From Candidatus Limnocylindria bacterium (lineage in GTDB: Bacteria; Chloroflexota; Limnocylindria; QHBO01): a stretch of 28,348 nt of DNA. Position 1 is the first letter of the stretch. Every line of letters begins with the position of its first letter. Below, one piece after another: positions 24,677-28,348 of this stretch. The notes beneath the pieces are model-generated. The model did not search any database. It worked only from the letters and a program-made list of their open reading frames with translations, and was not told where the DNA came from. The translations under genes and the position numbers were made by a program. The DNA is taken from contig DASSEC010000123.1 in NCBI GenBank assembly GCA_035696685.1, positions 1 through 28,348 on the forward strand, in the 5' to 3' direction.

Positions 24677-24742
24677 GCCCCGAGCACGGCTCACGCTCGG
24701 CTGACGGACGAATCATGCTCGATCAGGAGGTGCTGCCGCCAC

Positions 24743-25591
24743 GTGACGGAGGTCTCCCGCGCCGACCGGCCGATGACCGGCGATCGCCAGTACCACATCG
24801 CGCTGGAGCGGGGCGAGCTGGCCGAGTACATCCTGCTGGTCGGCGACCCTGGACGCGTGGCAAAGGTCAGCCAGCACTTCGATGCCGTCGAGCTCGAGCG
24901 CAGCAACCGGGAGATCACCACCGCGACGGGCACCTATCGGGGCATGCGCGTGTCAGCCATGTCGACGGGCATGGGCACGGACAACGTGGAGATCGTGCTG
25001 GCCGAGGTGATGGAGATCACCGACGCGCCTGCCTTCGTCCGCGTCGGCTCCTCGGGTGCGCTGCAGCCGGAGATCGCGCTGGGGGACCTGGTGGTGTCCA
25101 TCGGTGCGGTGCGATTGGAGAACACCACCGACTTCTACGTGCACCCGGGCTACCCTGCCATCGCGCATCGAGACGTGGTCTGGGCCCTCGAATCTGCATG
25201 CCTGCTGCTGGGCTACGCCCATCACCTTGGGCTGACCGCCACCGCGAGCGGCTTTTACGCTCCGCAGGGAAGACAGATGCGCACGCTCCCAGTTCGCTAT
25301 CCTCAGCTCGCGGAGGAGCTGCGACGCCAGCGCGTCGCGAACCTCGAAATGGAATCGTCGGCCCTGTTCGTGCTGACGGCCCTGGCGGGGCTCCGTGCGG
25401 GAACGGTCTGTGCGGCGTACGCACAGCGAGTCGACGGGACGTTCCTGGAAGGTGCGGCTAAGGAGGCCGCGGAGGCACGTTGCATCGATGCCGGGCTCAC
25501 CGGTATCCACCTGCTCTGGCAGAAGGACCAGGAGCAGGAAGGAGATCCCCGACGCTGGTCACCGACCGGCGGGCGAGGCGGGGAGCAGTAA
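24743..25591 (+). CDS. udp: Uridine phosphorylase (PNP_UDP_1 family)
   Basis: Motifs YHI, LVGDPGRV, STGMG, VRVGSSG, FYAPQGR (the Gln/Arg pair that reads uracil in UDP enzymes) and NLEMES. Start is GTG 24743 or ATG 24773. Confidence 0.8.
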   Translation: MTEVSRADRPMTGDRQYHIALERGELAEYILLVGDPGRVAKVSQHFDAVELERSNREITTATGTYRGMRVSAMSTGMGTDNVEIVLAEVMEITDAPAFVRVGSSGALQPEIALGDLVVSIGAVRLENTTDFYVHPGYPAIAHRDVVWALESACLLLGYAHHLGLTATASGFYAPQGRQMRTLPVRYPQLAEELRRQRVANLEMESSALFVLTALAGLRAGTVCAAYAQRVDGTFLEGAAKEAAEARCIDAGLTGIHLLWQKDQEQEGDPRRWSPTGGRGGEQ

Positions 25592-25635
25592 CCGCAAACC
25601 GGCGCGACGAGCCGGAGTAAGGAGGCAACCGACCG

Positions 25636-25779
25636 ATGGCGACCAATGCCTACTGCGTGAAGTGCAAGGCGAAGCGCGACATGCTGAACGAGCAGAAGAT
25701 CACGATGAAGAACGGAAAGCCCGCGACCGAGGGCAAGTGCCCGGTCTGTGGGACCAAGATGTTCAAGATCGGCGGCTGA
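25636..25779 (+). CDS. DUF5679-like small zinc-ribbon protein (47 aa), absent from the ORF track
   Basis: Translates as MATNAYCVKCKAKRDMLNEQKITMKNGKPATEGKCPVCGTKMFKIGG, with two CxxC motifs and SD TAAGGAGG at 25618-25625. Confidence 0.88.
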   Translation: MATNAYCVKCKAKRDMLNEQKITMKNGKPATEGKCPVCGTKMFKIGG

Positions 25780-25825
25780 GGTAGCGCTCGGCACTTATCA
25801 GCATCGCGCCACATACGCGATCCGG

Positions 25826-25880
25826 CCGCCCGGCCGCGCGCCCCGGACATCCCGGGGCCGCCAGGCCGGGCGGTTCGCTT
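25826..25880 (+). terminator. Long GC hairpin followed by TTCGCTT, probable intrinsic terminator
   Basis: CCGCCCGGCC (25826-35) pairs with GGCCGGGCGG (25864-73), enclosing GCCCCGG/CCGGGGC (25840-46/25852-58). Confidence 0.55.
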
Positions 25881-25934
25881 GCGAGATGCTCCGTCTGGGG
25901 ACCTTCGCGGCGCTCGCGATACAATTACGCCCTG

Positions 25935-27966
<2,032 letters not shown>

Positions 27967-27989
27967 GTCCGGCGCAATCGGTCACGGCC

Positions 27990-28348
27990 ATGAACAAGAA
28001 GACGGTCCGTGACATCAACGTCAGCGGCAAGCGAGTCTTCCTGCGCGCCGACCTGAATGTGCCGATCGACGACGGCCGGATCACCGATGACTCGCGGATC
28101 CGGGCCAGCCTGCCCACCCTGGTCTACCTGCTCGAGCACGGCGCCAGCGTGGTGCTGGCCAGTCATTTGGGCCGGCCGAAAGGCAAGGTCAACGACGCGC
28201 TGCGGTTGAAGCCCGTGGCCGACCGACTCAGCCAGCTGCTGGGCCGCCCGGTGCGAATGACCGGCGACGCCCTTGGGCCGGGTGTGATGACCGCGGTCGA
28301 GAAGCTGCGGCCTGGTGACCTGCTGCTGCTCGAGAACCTGCGGTTCCA
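27990..28348 (+). CDS. pgk: Phosphoglycerate kinase, 3'-truncated by window edge
   Basis: MNKKTVRDINVSGKRVFLRADLNVP...DDSRIRASLPT...SHLGRPKG...LLENLRF. Confidence 0.98.
   Translation, partial: MNKKTVRDINVSGKRVFLRADLNVPIDDGRITDDSRIRASLPTLVYLLEHGASVVLASHLGRPKGKVNDALRLKPVADRLSQLLGRPVRMTGDALGPGVMTAVEKLRPGDLLLLENLRF

Noticed and set aside
24674-24700. Interleaved stems TGAGCC/GGCTCA and CCGAGC/GCTCGG at the LTD gene stop as a readthrough pseudoknot or switch
   Set aside because: Loops of 0, 2 and 1 nt are too short for both 6-bp stems to form together, and short GC stems are common by chance here.

Overview
High-GC bacterial chromosomal window. The GAAC-N4-GTTC LexA boxes, F420-type LLM enzyme, PyrR leader and many leaderless genes suggest a Terrabacteria lineage such as Chloroflexota or Actinomycetota (inference). 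No mobile element, prophage or CRISPR array is evident. Gene order: partial LppX/LprAFG-like gene; tRNA-Ala(CGC); SOS-boxed imuA-imuB-DUF6504-like operon; seven unrelated enzyme/hypothetical genes; dnaE2 with its own SOS box and a ~170-aa insertion; several envelope and metal genes, two behind a shared ECF-like promoter; carA/carB behind a PyrR hairpin that covers the SD, with CarB lacking its MGS domain; a 128-nt rod-like 6S-like RNA candidate; a lamin-tail/4xOB-fold surface protein behind 11-bp direct repeats and followed by uridine phosphorylase; a 47-aa zinc-ribbon gene missed by the ORF track; ROK kinase-gap-pgk. Best leads: the split, minimised mutasome, the MGS-less CPS under PyrR control, the 6S-like RNA, and the Pho-box-like/LTD-OB/udp module. 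Family names come from motif recognition by eye; no database search was run.
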